From assembly GCA_964247055.1 (NCBI GenBank), contig OZ176052.1:9238001-9302000 (forward strand): a stretch of 64,000 bases of DNA, read 5' to 3'. This document shows positions 10,517 through 23,270 of the stretch, one piece after another. Under the pieces are notes generated by a model. It ran no database searches, was not told the DNA's origin, and saw nothing but the letters and a program-made list of their open reading frames with translations. The translations under genes were made by a program, and so were the position numbers. The DNA is from Paragordius varius (lineage: Eukaryota; Animalia; Nematomorpha). Each line of letters opens with the position of its first letter. Within the stretch, counting starts at the first letter, position 1.

Positions 10517-13500
10517 GTGTTTAAGCCTTTCATCAAAATCGTGCGATACAAAATACGATGCATTATCACTTACTATCATTTTAGGAAAACCATATCTCGC
10601 AAACAATTGTTCTAAGCAATTTAAAACAGACCTGCTCGTAACTTGTTTCAATAAATTAACTTCCAGCCATCTGGACGAGCTGTCAATTGTTACCAGCCAG
10701 TAGAAATTATCAATGGGACCAGCAATATCTATGTGTATTCTTTCCCAGACGGCGGTGTTGAAATTCCATTTGTATGTTGGATTTTCCTGGACATTGGGCT
10801 TGTATCTTTGACATGAGTCACATGTCTTCGCAAGCAATTCAATACTTTGGTCCAAGTCTGGCCAATATACACTGTGGCGCGCAAGGGACTTCATGGTACT
10901 TATCCCTGGGTGTCCAGTGTGAAAGTAGTTTAGGACTTCATTTTGCATGGATCTAGGAACAATGAGCCTATCCTCCAAATACACTAAACCATACGATGCT
11001 TGGATAGCGTTGCGATGTGATTGATAATTTTTTAGATCTGGATCATCCCAATTGTTGGAATTTAATGCAATTTTTAATTTTTTTATCACCGGGTCCTTAT
11101 TGGACTGAACTAATACATTTTTTTTATTAATGTTCAAATCGTTCATCGATAAGAACCGAATTCTTTCAGCTACAGCATGATCATCCTCCATTTCAGGATC
11201 GTCAATTGCTAATCTTGATAGGGGATCAGCTAAATTTTGAACCCCTTTATTGAAATGAATGGTATAATCATACCCCGATATTTTATAAATCCAACGTAAT
11301 AATTTTATATTAGTGACTCCGGTTAAGTTCCGGTCTTCCCCAAATAATTTAATCAGTGGTTTATGATCAGTCAATATTTTAAAAGATCTCCCATATATGA
11401 AAGGGTGAAATTTGTTTACCGCGAACAAAATCGCCTTGGCCTCTCTTTCGATAGTCGAATAATGTTTTTCAGAATTTAAACATTTCCTGGATGCGAAAGA
11501 GATTGGCCGCTTGCCATCTTCGGTTATATGGAAAAGGATGGCACCCAAACCTTCGTTTGAAGCATCGGTCTCAATCAATAATGGCAATTGCGGATTGTAC
11601 GGAATCAGTTCCACAAAATTTGCTATTAGTTGTTTTGACAGTGCAAATTGTTTATCATGAATATTCTCCCATTTCCATGGCATTTTGTTTCCAGTTAAAG
11701 TGTGCAGATCACTTATGACTGAATGTAATCTTGGTTTAATAGTCCTAAAAAAGACCGTAATGTTGTTTTGTCCTTTGGAACAGGACATTTCAAAATAGCC
11801 TTGATTTTTTCATCCGTTGGCTTAATACCTCTTTTAGATATTTCGTATCCCATGTAGGATACTTTTTCCTGGAAGAATTTCATTTTATCTGGTTGCAAAC
11901 GGAATCCGGCCTGTTCAAGTTTCTCCAACACATGCTCAAGATTTGCTTTGTGTTGAGTGTCTGTATTGCCGGTTACTAGAACATCATCCAGATAAGCACA
12001 AACGCCTGTGCAATCATCCAGAATTTGATCCATAACTCGTTGAAATATCATTGGAGCATTTGTGAGCCCGAAAGGTAATCGTTTATACGTAAAGTAACCT
12101 CTGTGTGTTGTAATTGTCAGAATATTAGAGCATTCTTTATCAACCGGTAGTTGTAAGTAGGCATCCTTGAGATCCAAAACTGAAAATGAATGTCCATTTC
12201 CGATTTTACCCAATAATTGATCAAATGTCGGAATGATATGAGAATCTTTTGATAGATAAGGATTGATTGTGACACGAAAATCGGCGCAGATACGAGCCTC
12301 CCCATTGGATTTTAACACGTTGACCGTTGGGGTTGCCCAAGATATCTCCGTTGTTGTTGGGTCTATTGGTTCTATAATCCCCAAATCTAACAATCTATTC
12401 AATTCATTTTCTACCAATGGTTGCAATGGTAGAGGAACTCTACGGCATGGAAAAGCTTTTGGTTTAGCATCCGGTGTCAAAAAAATTTTGATCGGATTGC
12501 CGTTGTAACAACCAAGTTCCTTTGAGAATAGTTTTGGAAATATTTTGGTCAGCTCCATCTTCTCATTAGAATTTATATTATTGATTACACCTTTTGGAAA
12601 AGGTAGCTTGTACGCTTTTATCCAAGGTAATCCAAAAATTGGATCAAAATTGCTTTTAGTTACGATACATGGTAACGTTTTCTTTTCATTGTACAACGTC
12701 ACAGTGACCATAGTTTTCCCTAAGATTGTTATCTTATTATTATCATACGTGGTTATTTGATCGGACCACGTTAACTTAGGGCTACCGATCTGCTTCCATA
12801 TTTGTTGACTTATGAGACAGCAGTCAGCACCGGTATCGAAAATCATATCTATCATATTATTGTTGATCTTCACTTTTATTTTAGGGGTAGTGCCCGCTTT
12901 TATAGATCTAATTTGATCTAAATTTCTCACCAACTTTGTTTTGCACATTGAACTAAAGTGGTTATTTTTGTTGCAATTGATTGTAGCACGTTTTGCCCCA
13001 AGCCGGACACTTGTTTCTCACATGCAGTGATCCACAATTTCGGCAATTTACTTTAGTATCATTATTATCCCGGACATCATTATTCTTATTGTTTTTATAA
13101 TTATTATTGTTATAATGGCCCTTGTTAAAACTTCCATGAGGTTTTACATTTCTGGATCTATCCACTTTAAGCTTATTGATTTGCGAGGGAAGATTATCGG
13201 CTTACTCAAAACTTTAAGCCATATCGACCAACATTTGTAGTGTCAGTGGTTTGTCATCTAACTTACCGAGCGGATATTTTATGTGGAGTTCTCTTTCTAA
13301 TCTGGGTTGATTTAATCCAATCAAAAATATATCCCTGATTTTGTTAGAAATGTCCGAATCAAATCCAGAATTGTCGGCCAAAATTTTCAAACATTCTAAA
13401 TACGAAAGAATAGAATCATTATCACCACGACGAATACGATAAAATGCACATCTATTCACCCATAGACTTTTGTCTGGGGCATAGATTTGAACTGCAATTT

Positions 13501-13762
13501 TATAGATTTCCGGCCATTCCAAATCTTCGATGGTATCAGGATATACAATATTTTCAATTTTGTTCAAAATTTTAATACCACCGAAAGCTAAAAATAATTT
13601 TTTTATATTGGAATCCGTGACAGGAATATCCCTGGCCGCGAGTACCCTTTCTATGTGCTTGACATAATTTTTGAAATTGTAACATTCGTCAAATGGTTCA
13701 AAAATTATTCGATTTAGAGGATTTTGTGCATTACTAAATGATGTATCTCCGGGATTTTCCAT
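10517..13762 (-). pseudogene. gag-pol: gag-pol of copy B up to the integrase break
   Basis: Near-identical to A. Lesions: two nonsense changes near 13205-13216, a 4-bp duplication near 12975-12985, the same pol frame break as A near 11713-11752, and the insertion of A. Confidence 0.92.
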
Positions 13763-13785
13763 TAGGCATAATAAAAAATTTTTTT

Positions 13786-13795
13786 CTCGTCGCCA
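13786..13795 (-). promoter_or_regulatory. Primer binding site of copy B (tRNA-Ser type)
   Basis: Plus-strand CTCGTCGCCA, which is TGGCGACGAG on the minus strand, next to the 5' LTR. Confidence 0.8.
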
Positions 13796-13797
13796 AA

Positions 13798-14131
13798 TAA
13801 TATCAGTTGGGTATAATTTATTATAACACAATAATGGGAAAACACAGTAATGCAATGGACTTAAAGAAGTTGTTGTTTATATAGGTTATATTTAATTCCG
13901 AATGTATACCTATCTTATTATATATTTTTATCGTGCATTAACATATACAAATTTCTGAGAATGATGAGTGTGCATTAATAAAACAGTCACGTAGTCTAAA
14001 ACTTGTCACGTAGTATATAACATGTCACGTAAAATATTAATAACAGAAAAGTATTATAAGTATGCATTGAATAGCAACATAATATATAAAATAGAGTTAT
14101 GTTTTGTTGCATATTATATAACATCATATCA
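13798..14131 (-). repeat. 5' LTR of copy B (334 bp)
   Basis: Direct repeat of 5103-5439, followed by the TSD CAACG. Confidence 0.95.
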
Positions 14132-15609
14132 CAACGTTAAATGATATTTAAATAAATAATTAACTTTAATTTTATTAAAATTAAATAAATACGATATTTT
14201 GCAAAAAACTTGTAAAATAAAAATGGCGTGGAAGTAGTTTGATATGGAACTTTTTTTCAAAAATAATGTTTAAATATTTCGGTTTATTTATATAGTTTTA
14301 ATTAGAATATAAGTATAAAGGGACGGTTTCTTTAAGTATTTTTTTAAACTAACTGAAATATACTCTGAGGTATTTAGATACACCAATTTGAATAGTGTTA
14401 AACAACTAAAATTGCTTCGCCACTACGAAGCGAAACACAAAATATATGAAATGATTCTTAATTCAGACAAAACAGAATTGATTCTTGACAAAAATCTTTA
14501 GATAATCTACACATATTGATAAAAAACGATAAATATGCCGCATTCACCAAAACCTCCTTGGAGATTTTTATTGGTATGCAGAAAACAATAACTTCAATCA
14601 AAGGGAATTTATAAAACATTCTGTTATTAAAAAACTTTGCCCTTAAAAAATGGAAAATTTAGCTATATTCGTGAGATTCATAAATAAAGAATTTTTCCTT
14701 TTGGATTTGAATGGGCCTGTTAGTCCCAAAACTAGCATTCTACATTTTGAGAAATATATATGACATGCCTTTTCCTCCGTATTTCAAAATACTTACAACC
14801 AAACTTTATTAAGTTGTTTTGCACATTCAAATATTTTAATTATGTGATATGGCTCCAAACCAATTTTATTTTCGAAATCTATCTATTAATAGCTTAATAG
14901 GATTTATTTATTTTAGGAGTTAGTGAAGGAGCGGTTTATAAAAATTTTTAACATAAAATCCTAGTTTTTCTTTTATTATTGCAGATGGCGTATAAAGGAA
15001 CGGAAAATATCATGGTATTAACTTTCTTATTTTTTTGACTTTTAACTGATATTAGCCAATATTAATGCTCTTTGCTGTGTATATGACATGGCAATATTTA
15101 AACAAAAACTACAATGTGTTTTTCATCATATTCCATATAATTTATTTGTGTGATTTTGGCTTTACGCTAGTATAGTTATTAATACATGATTGTTGTATCC
15201 TATTAAAATTTTAAATTGATTGTTATTGTCATCATAAAACGCTAAATATTTATTATGACGACGTACAATCATTTTATTCTAAATTCTTCGCAAAATTATA
15301 AAAGAAAAATTTTCCCAAACAAACTCATGTTTGTGTATCTTGCATTGCTTCAAACAACATTGTTTCAAATAACAACGAACTCTCCTGTAACCACATTCTA
15401 TGATATTGGTATGCACCTTTAAGCTCAATAAATTCAAACATGTAATTTTTTCAGGGTAAACCTTGCTTAATATATCAAATTTTAATTGTAATACATGATT
15501 AGTTGACAACGAAGAAAAAATAGCCATCCTCTCTTGTAAAATAAACTTTGCAAAAATATTTTTTAACCTTTCTACCATAAAATATAATTAATATAACTAT
15601 AATTGATAG

Positions 15610-17527
15610 CTTGTTTTTTGTTTTACTCATGGGACTCTGAAACATCTACAACTAATGTTAACCGTTTTTTAGATAATCCGCTTAAGCAACAAAAACCGAT
15701 AATTGTAGTGAATTCAGATGATGTCACCACATACGGTCCTAATATAAAATCTTGGCTGCTTGATTATTTGAAACAAACATCTTCTAATACATTCAATGAC
15801 AATCAACATGCATCTGAAGTCGATGATGTTATGAACTCCAAGAAAAATTTGTTAAACAAGTCCTTATTCTTTCAAAAGGAAAACCGAATGAATTTTGAAA
15901 ACATTAAATGGGAAAATGTGACAATCCCTCCAAATGGTAATAAAACATGTATAAATTTTCTACTGTGATTATTCTCTAATACTTTTTTTTTCGATGAGTA
16001 TTTATTGTTAAGGATAGAATATACTACGAATTTTTACTTTGTTTATATTAGCCACCAGCGTGAATGATACCTCGCCTTCCAACGAGTTTTTGAAGGATTT
16101 TTTGGATCAATATAAAAAAGAGATGATAGGGTCGACAACGTTAGATACCAGTGCGCAATTTGTCGAAATAGATCAAATAAAACAAAGTATTTAGCTATTT
16201 ATATTTTTAATAGAAAATTATCGTATGACAAATGTTTCCATTTAGAATTTGTCAATGCTTATATTTTAAAGAGTAGCTTATTTTTTAAACGCTTACAACA
16301 ACTTAGCTAATCTTGATACATTCTTAAATTAATATTTTATATATAACAAGAATTAAAAATAGTTTTTATATTAAACCAAAAATGTTTTAAATGCTTGTAG
16401 CAAATATCATTGATTTGGGAAACCCAAATAATACAAACACCTCCATGATTATGACAAGGAATGAAACAAATGAATTTAGCAACAATCCTCAAATTATACC
16501 AAGAGCTGCAGTGTACAAGGATGCATTGCGGCATCTTTATCAATTAAATACGATAATTTTTACTAAATACCCTATCTCAAAACCGCCAGAAAAAACCACA
16601 AATAGTAGCAATTATAATGAAACGTGGAAACAAGATACGTTTACCGCCACCTTGAACGAAACCCAAAATAATAGTGAAACAATAAACATAGAATCATACT
16701 CAATTAATGCCAAAATGTTGCGACGTATCTTGGAGGATCAAGAAAAAATCATTCAACTTTTGAACAAAACCGCCAACTTTAATCCCTCCAATTCTTGGAA
16801 TCAAGTGGAATCGGAAAGGTCCTATATGGCTAAAAAAGAACAAAAAAAGGAACGCGTTTCAAATCATCATTTTGGGCACCATCAATTAGAACCGCCAAAT
16901 AAATTGGGTTTAAATGCAGGAGAATCGATACAGAAAATTACAATAATCCACAAAAATTTTACAAAATTTAACGCCATTACTTCTACGATGTCAACATATA
17001 ATGACCGGACTTTACCAGAATCATATATATCCAAATCAACTATAGCAAACATTTTACCAAATATCATTCCACATGAAGCCATTAATGTTATGCCTTATTT
17101 CACATTTGCGACTACAAAATGTAGCAAACAAATGTATAATGGGAAAAATCCAAAAGCTAAAAATGAGGTCAGAATATTTCCGATAACTAAGATACGTAAA
17201 ATATTTGAAGATTACGGCGCTGAAAAAACTGAATATACGACTACAGAGACAACAAACACTCTACAAAATGAAGAAGGCTGTGATGAAACTAAAGACCGCC
17301 CTAATAGAAAACCGCCGTTTATCATATACAATAAAAAATGTGGTAATTCGCGAAAAAACTCAGAGAGTTATATTATCAACACTGTATTTCCCACCAAACA
17401 ATACAGGTATGATTCCATACGCAATCTTATACCTAAATGGATTTTAGATGCGACTCACGGTTCGGCATATAATTTTGTGTCACCAAAACTTAAAATTCGT
17501 TGGAGAACAGATAAAAACCCGCCGTAA
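15610..17527 (+). CDS. Hypothetical Asn/Thr-rich protein, multi-exon, 5' end unresolved (about 530 aa visible)
   Basis: Phase-consistent exons ~15610-15936, 16052-16186 and 16401-17527 with GT-AG junctions; the last exon is a long open frame in AT-rich DNA. No family was recognised. Confidence 0.6.
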
Positions 17528-20500
17528 AAGTGATATTTGTGTCTCAGTGCACATTTAATAATTAATTTATTAAAAAACAATAAATTCGGTAAATATCTTA
17601 CGGTGAAAATAATAGTTATGTATGAGCTCAGAACATTTTGGTGTGAAATTCATTCTAGAGAATTAAAATGATAGTGTAATAAATAATATATTTTTGAAAT
17701 CAATTTTCTCTGCTAAAATAATTAATTTTATTGTATTCTTTTTTTAATAATTACGATGTAAGTTTTGGTTCCATCTGAATTATATAAACTGCTAATTTAT
17801 AGGATATTTTTATTTACAAATTTTAATAACGATTTAGGGTTAGGGTAAACGGTAGAAACACGCTAGATATAATTAAACCACTTTTTCTATATAATTCATA
17901 TAGAACATTTTTATTATCTCATTTCAATTTTAAGATTCAGTTGCTATTAGAATGGTGAACCTTAAAAATTTAATTTAACAATATCACGAAATTTAATCTT
18001 TAATCAGGATGCTCACTTTATAAAAAAAATTAATATCTTAAAGCATTTACTGTTCGAGCATGATATTCTTTAACAAAATTTTGCTAAAATTAAATTTTTA
18101 AACAGATTATGCATTTTTTTTAAATGTTTTTTGATGCCATATCTAGCATATATTAAAAAATCTATCGGGAAATCTCGGCATCTTTGTTAATTTAAAAGAA
18201 CTAGCCCATATTAGTGGGAGTCAAATATTCGAGGCTTTCGGATTCACATTTAAAATAGATATTTAATAAAATATTGATTTGCTTTTTAAATATAATATAT
18301 CATATATTTTAATGATATTTTTTGGAATTTAATTTTTACCAAAATTTTATTAACAAACACGGTGTACACAAAATATCCTGATGAATTACATACATTATGA
18401 TGGAGAAATGTCTCAGGATTCGAATAAAAGTTATATAAAAAAATGTTAAACTTTGTGGTAATAGCTCCGTATGGAAAAATCGCAAAAATTGCGCATATTC
18501 CATAATGGGCTGGCCTTTTAAAATAAGCGAAAAGCCGAGGATTTTACCATAAGAATTTCAATCATGTGGCAGATTATGTCTTCAAAAAAATATCATTTAA
18601 ATGGATGCTTTGTTTAAAAATTAATTTTAGAAAAATTTTGTTGTAGGTATTTTATGGTTTTTGAAGCATTGTGAAAACGGAATAAAAAAGTTTGATGATA
18701 TTCCAAATATTTGCCCTATAAAGGCAAAGAATTTAACTCAGCGCTTTTTCCATATAGGTCTATGGGTAGGGGTCTACTGGTTTAAAACTGATACGCCATA
18801 CAAAATGGCGTGGTTTAGGAGTTTTTTAAAAACATAAGAAGCCCTACGAGTTGAGTTAAACATTCTAGGTAATATGTATAATATCATTCTTTCCTTTAAA
18901 AGGGACCATAAATAAATTACATTTTAATCTTTCTTGAACTGGGAGCACAATTTCAAAATAAAACTTTTAAATTTCGTAAAACGAAAATCTTAAAATAATT
19001 CCAATGATAGTTGAATATTAATTTTAATAAGGGACAGTTTAAATATGGTCAATTTCGAGTGAACAATATTTGAACCTCTGCAAAACTCGTAAAAGAATAA
19101 TTAAACACATTCTTTTTATTAAATATGTTTGTTATTATTTTTTTATCTTCATCACCTCTATTTATTGCAAATTATTAAGAATGAAGTGTGACAGGGCCAG
19201 CTAGTATTAAATAAATATACACATAATGTATTTTATATAATTTAAAATTCAAATATTTCACCTATCATGCTAATGCACACTAAACAAACCCTAGATAATA
19301 TAACTATACTGACCATAAGATGCTATTTTAATTTAAAAGACAGATTTTTTATAAGAACTAATATTAGCTAATAAATGCTAATATCATTTAATTTAATATA
19401 AATTTTTTTGAGAGTATTGTCTAATAAAATATATTTATTCTGACAAAAAAATTCATCGTATAATAGTTTTAGTTAATTCAAGTTGACAATTTAAATCTGT
19501 TATCATTTGTAAAATAAGGAATTGAATCCACTGTGTAAGATTGAACTTTAAAAATGACAAATTTGTGTTTATTTATGGTTTGATCAATTGATAGGAAATC
19601 TATTATAAAATATAGTAATATTTAATTCGGCCAATGTGTTAGTATATGATGAGGCCCAGTAGAAGACATTGATTGCACGAATTGGGTTGGCCGGTTAAAG
19701 TTCGTATAATCCATATACACTAAGCACACAATCGGGGTATATAAAATTATCGTGATGAAATATATAAATATATATATAGATAAATAAATATATCATGATT
19801 CCTTATGCCTTTGGTTTAAGGCCTAACCAGTGATTAAAGAGAGTTTTTACCACTTTTCTGGTTGCTCCATATCGAACACTAGAAATTTGCTAGGGCAAGT
19901 TAAATGCTTTATTCAATATAAAACAAACTATATTAAAGATCAAAACTAGAATATTAAGTCCAAAATCTCCCTCAAATAATGGGCTAGCATTCTTAATAAT
20001 AAAAAAACTGCCAACTGCCGGCATTAGATTTTTAATATACTGTGGATTAATGATGGAATATGTCATCGAAAAAATATTTGTGAAGAAATGCATTTGTTGA
20101 AAAAAATTCCGCAAAATTTTGATGAACTGTATTTAATAGTAACTTTGAGTATGTTCGAAACTTGGAAAGACACTTACACTTAAAAATATTATAAAAATAC
20201 TAACACATTCAATGATGCTGATTTTAACTATATAGGTAAACATTAATAAAATAAGAATATAATATTTACCCAGAGTAATTCAGGAGAGACTAGGTGCAGC
20301 TTGGTTCTAGCAACGTAATCTTTCCAGTGCCTGTGTCAATCTTTCCACTTATGCGACTACAGCGGCACGCCCCACAGCGCTCCTAACATTATGCTATAGA
20401 GTAAAGGCATACAAATGGGGAGTTTAAATAAGGGCATATGTGATGACACCTTAGTTGAAGTGGTAGAGATCCCGCTAAGCTATAGGCTATCCGAAATGGA

Positions 20501-22499
20501 TCCTTCCAGTTAACGCCATGCGGTCGCCTAACCAATATTGGATAACCCTGGCATATCAGAGACTGTTAGCTAATATGTGATTGTTTAAAAATCTTTGTTA
20601 CTACTCGTAGTATTCCATTAGTTAACATTTTTTTATATGGTATATGAAAATCTACCATATGAATATAATAGTAAAATGAGAAAAAGTAGACAGTATTGAT
20701 TATAGTAATTTCCAACACGATATGTGGCCTTTATGGCAAAGAATTACAATGACAGCGTTCTCAAAATCAATTTGACCCATTTCATTTCAGTAGACGTAAT
20801 CGCAGTGTTAGCTTTTCGTCGTGAAATTTAACACAGCTTTTAATGTTCAGTTGGCATTCTACCGTTTTGATATCATTATCTCATGTGTAGACATTATAAA
20901 AAATGAGTTTTTTGGTAGCATTTTATGATGATTATAAAATATATAATCTGATTTCCAAGGAATGAAAAACCATTTTCTTTATTAATCACCGGAATCAAAA
21001 GAACTGTTGTAACTTAAAACATGAGTAGATTAAAAAGGCTTTTTTTCAGTTTTCTAAACAATACTAAGAATTCCGAACGTTCCATTACAAGCGTATTGAT
21101 ATTACTAACCAACGTTAGGAGGCAAAAAATATAACACTCTTATCTTAAAAAGTATTTGTGGTATTGAACCCAATTTTAATTTTTTTAGCCTTTAAGGCGC
21201 ATTATACAATATTTTTAAAGGAAAATTGTAAATAAAAGCCTCAACTTTTTCGCCGCCACCTTTTTTTCGTAAATTTTTAAATCACTAATGCAGGAAAATA
21301 ATGGATATTATGGTTAATTAACTTTAAGGGTACATTTTACTAGCACAATATGTATATTTGGATAATATCAGCTGTTTTTTTATTCGTTTTTCGGAGCTCT
21401 CTTAATTGACACTAGAAGTCACAAAATTGTTAAAAAATTATGTTACATCTTAAAAACAAAGTTGGATAATTAATATTAACTAAAATAACCTTCAAAACAG
21501 TAGAGCTGTCATGAAGTGTTAACCCAAGGAAATGCGAAATTTTATCGTAATAAATGAAACCAATGAGGTGTTAGTATATACTTTTTTATCTAAATAATTT
21601 GTATGGCTTTTGAATAAATTAGCGTTTTAAAAGACACTTTAGTTTTGAGCTCTCATATCCTGTATTTTATAAAATATAGAATTCTTACAGTTTTTTACTT
21701 CTACAGTTCTTGTAAATTTTAGTAGTATTGATAATCCTTTGTTAAATAAATAGAGCTATATATATATTGTTAAATAATAGAGAGAGATATATATATATAA
21801 TTTATATACAATTTATTTGAAGGTATTTTGCATTATATATAAATATAAAAGTAACTTATGTATTATTTTTTAGGTATTTGCATCATACATACATTAATAT
21901 AAATAAAAACTAAAAATGATCCTTAAGAGGATTTGCATCTTTGTTAACAAGAATAGTTATAACTTTGCAACTAATTTGCTGACAAATTGTATTTGTCGAT
22001 TGTGCGAAAAAATGGCGAAAAGGTTTGAGATGAGCATTTTTTACCATTTAAATTTCAAAAATTTGTATCATGCCCCTAAAAGGCAAAAAAGCATATTTTT
22101 ATATTTAGTTTAAGGCTAAAAATATTTTTTAAGATATTAAAGTTTTTTATGGTCCGGTAGTATAAAACTATACGCCAAAAAGTTTTGAAGTCCCAAAAAA
22201 ATCTCATAGTATATAAATGGCTGCGAAAAAGTTTGAGATAAATATTTTGGATAAAAAATTATTAAACATGAGAAAATTTTTTTGTGACAAATTTTAATTC
22301 ATTTTTATTAGGTTAATGATTAATTAATCTTATGAATTGATATACCAAAATATATTTTTGGATTTATTGTTTTCAACAATATTTAATGGTAAGTTTGCAT
22401 TTAATTTTTTCCATATATTAATTTTATGATCAACTTTATTTTCATCTACAAACAATACATTTTCAGATGATAAATTTTAATTAGAACCGTTTCTTTCGG

Positions 22500-22563
22500 T
22501 ATTTTTTAAAAATATTTACATCAATTTCTGGGGTATTTAAACACCCCAATTTGAATCAAAGTG
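22500..22563 (+). mobile_element. Right end of a third piggyBac-like copy
   Basis: CTGGGGTATTTAAACACCCCAATTTGAATCAAAGTG|TTAA resembles the end at 14366-14401. Confidence 0.45.
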
Positions 22564-23270
22564 TTAATATTTTAACGAAAAATTTAAAGACAAATAATTT
22601 TCGCACTCAAAATTTTATTAATGGTTGCGAATAGTAAAAACATAATATATATTTAACAAAAGTCGAACGATATTTAAACTCAAAATTTTGAGGGATATTC
22701 AGCTTAATCGAATATAATATTTAGGCATTTTATACGGTTTCCATCATTCCTCAAGTTGGATGTATGATTTAACAAAATTTTGCTTATAATTTTATCACGC
22801 AACCTCGGATCCTTTGCCTTTGTTTTAAAAGAACTAACTCACTATTTGGAACTTTCAGAGCTAACATCTAAAAATTTTTCTAAAAATGTTGTTTTAATTA
22901 TATCTTGTTAATAATATATTTTAGTGCTATATTATAATGCATTTCACTTCCATCTCTCTCAAAAATGTGCGCAAAATTTACAATTTTATGATATGGAGAA
23001 CTTACCACAAATCGTAAATAATTTCAAGCTCTCGTAAGGCCAAAAACAAAAATAATAATCCTAATATAGCTTCTTATCAGAATATATATTTTATCCGGAT
23101 ATTTTTTGTAGAAATGCAAATAAATAACGTTAATTAGATAAAAATGTATAGTTTGCAAGATACTCCAGGTATCAATTGATGAGAGAATTACAAAATACCA
23201 TTCATTCCTAAAAAGGTGTGAATTTAAACAAATATTTGTGACCAAAAAACAAACGTTTTTGTACTTTACA

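Larger units (their letters stand above)
5103..14131 (-). mobile_element. Ty3/gypsy Mag-clade LTR retrotransposon, copy B (about 4.5 kb net, split by copy A)
   Basis: Two LTRs, 5-bp TSD CAACG (5098-5102 and 14132-14136), PBS, PPT, and gag-PR-RT-RH-IN order on the minus strand. Confidence 0.95.
4825..14397 (+). mobile_element. piggyBac-like non-autonomous element (~540 bp: 4825-5102 plus 14137-14397) interrupted by the LTR nest
   Basis: TTAA|CACT at 4821-4828 and AGTG|TTAA at 14394-14401. Inverted subterminal motif ATTCAAATT.G..T...(G/A)ATACC.CAG at both ends. The two halves join to match the copy at 272-730. Confidence 0.6.

Noticed and set aside
7373-12760. Short antisense ORFs over the retrotransposon pol regions
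   Set aside because: Shadows of the pol frame; they appear twice only because the element is duplicated.
14400-15600. Possible exons or the minus ORF 15279-15578 upstream of the orphan gene
   Set aside because: No consistent splice model or recognisable motif could be built.
17834-17845. TTAGGG x2
   Set aside because: Only two units; not enough for an interstitial telomeric array.
19180-19205. GAAGTGTGACAGGGCCAGCTAGT, resembling a Helitron 3' end
   Set aside because: No clear hairpin and no matching 5' end found.
19645-19700. TGATGAGGCCCA...TGGG, resembling a hammerhead ribozyme core
   Set aside because: Lacks the leading C of CUGAUGA and the GAAA after stem II.
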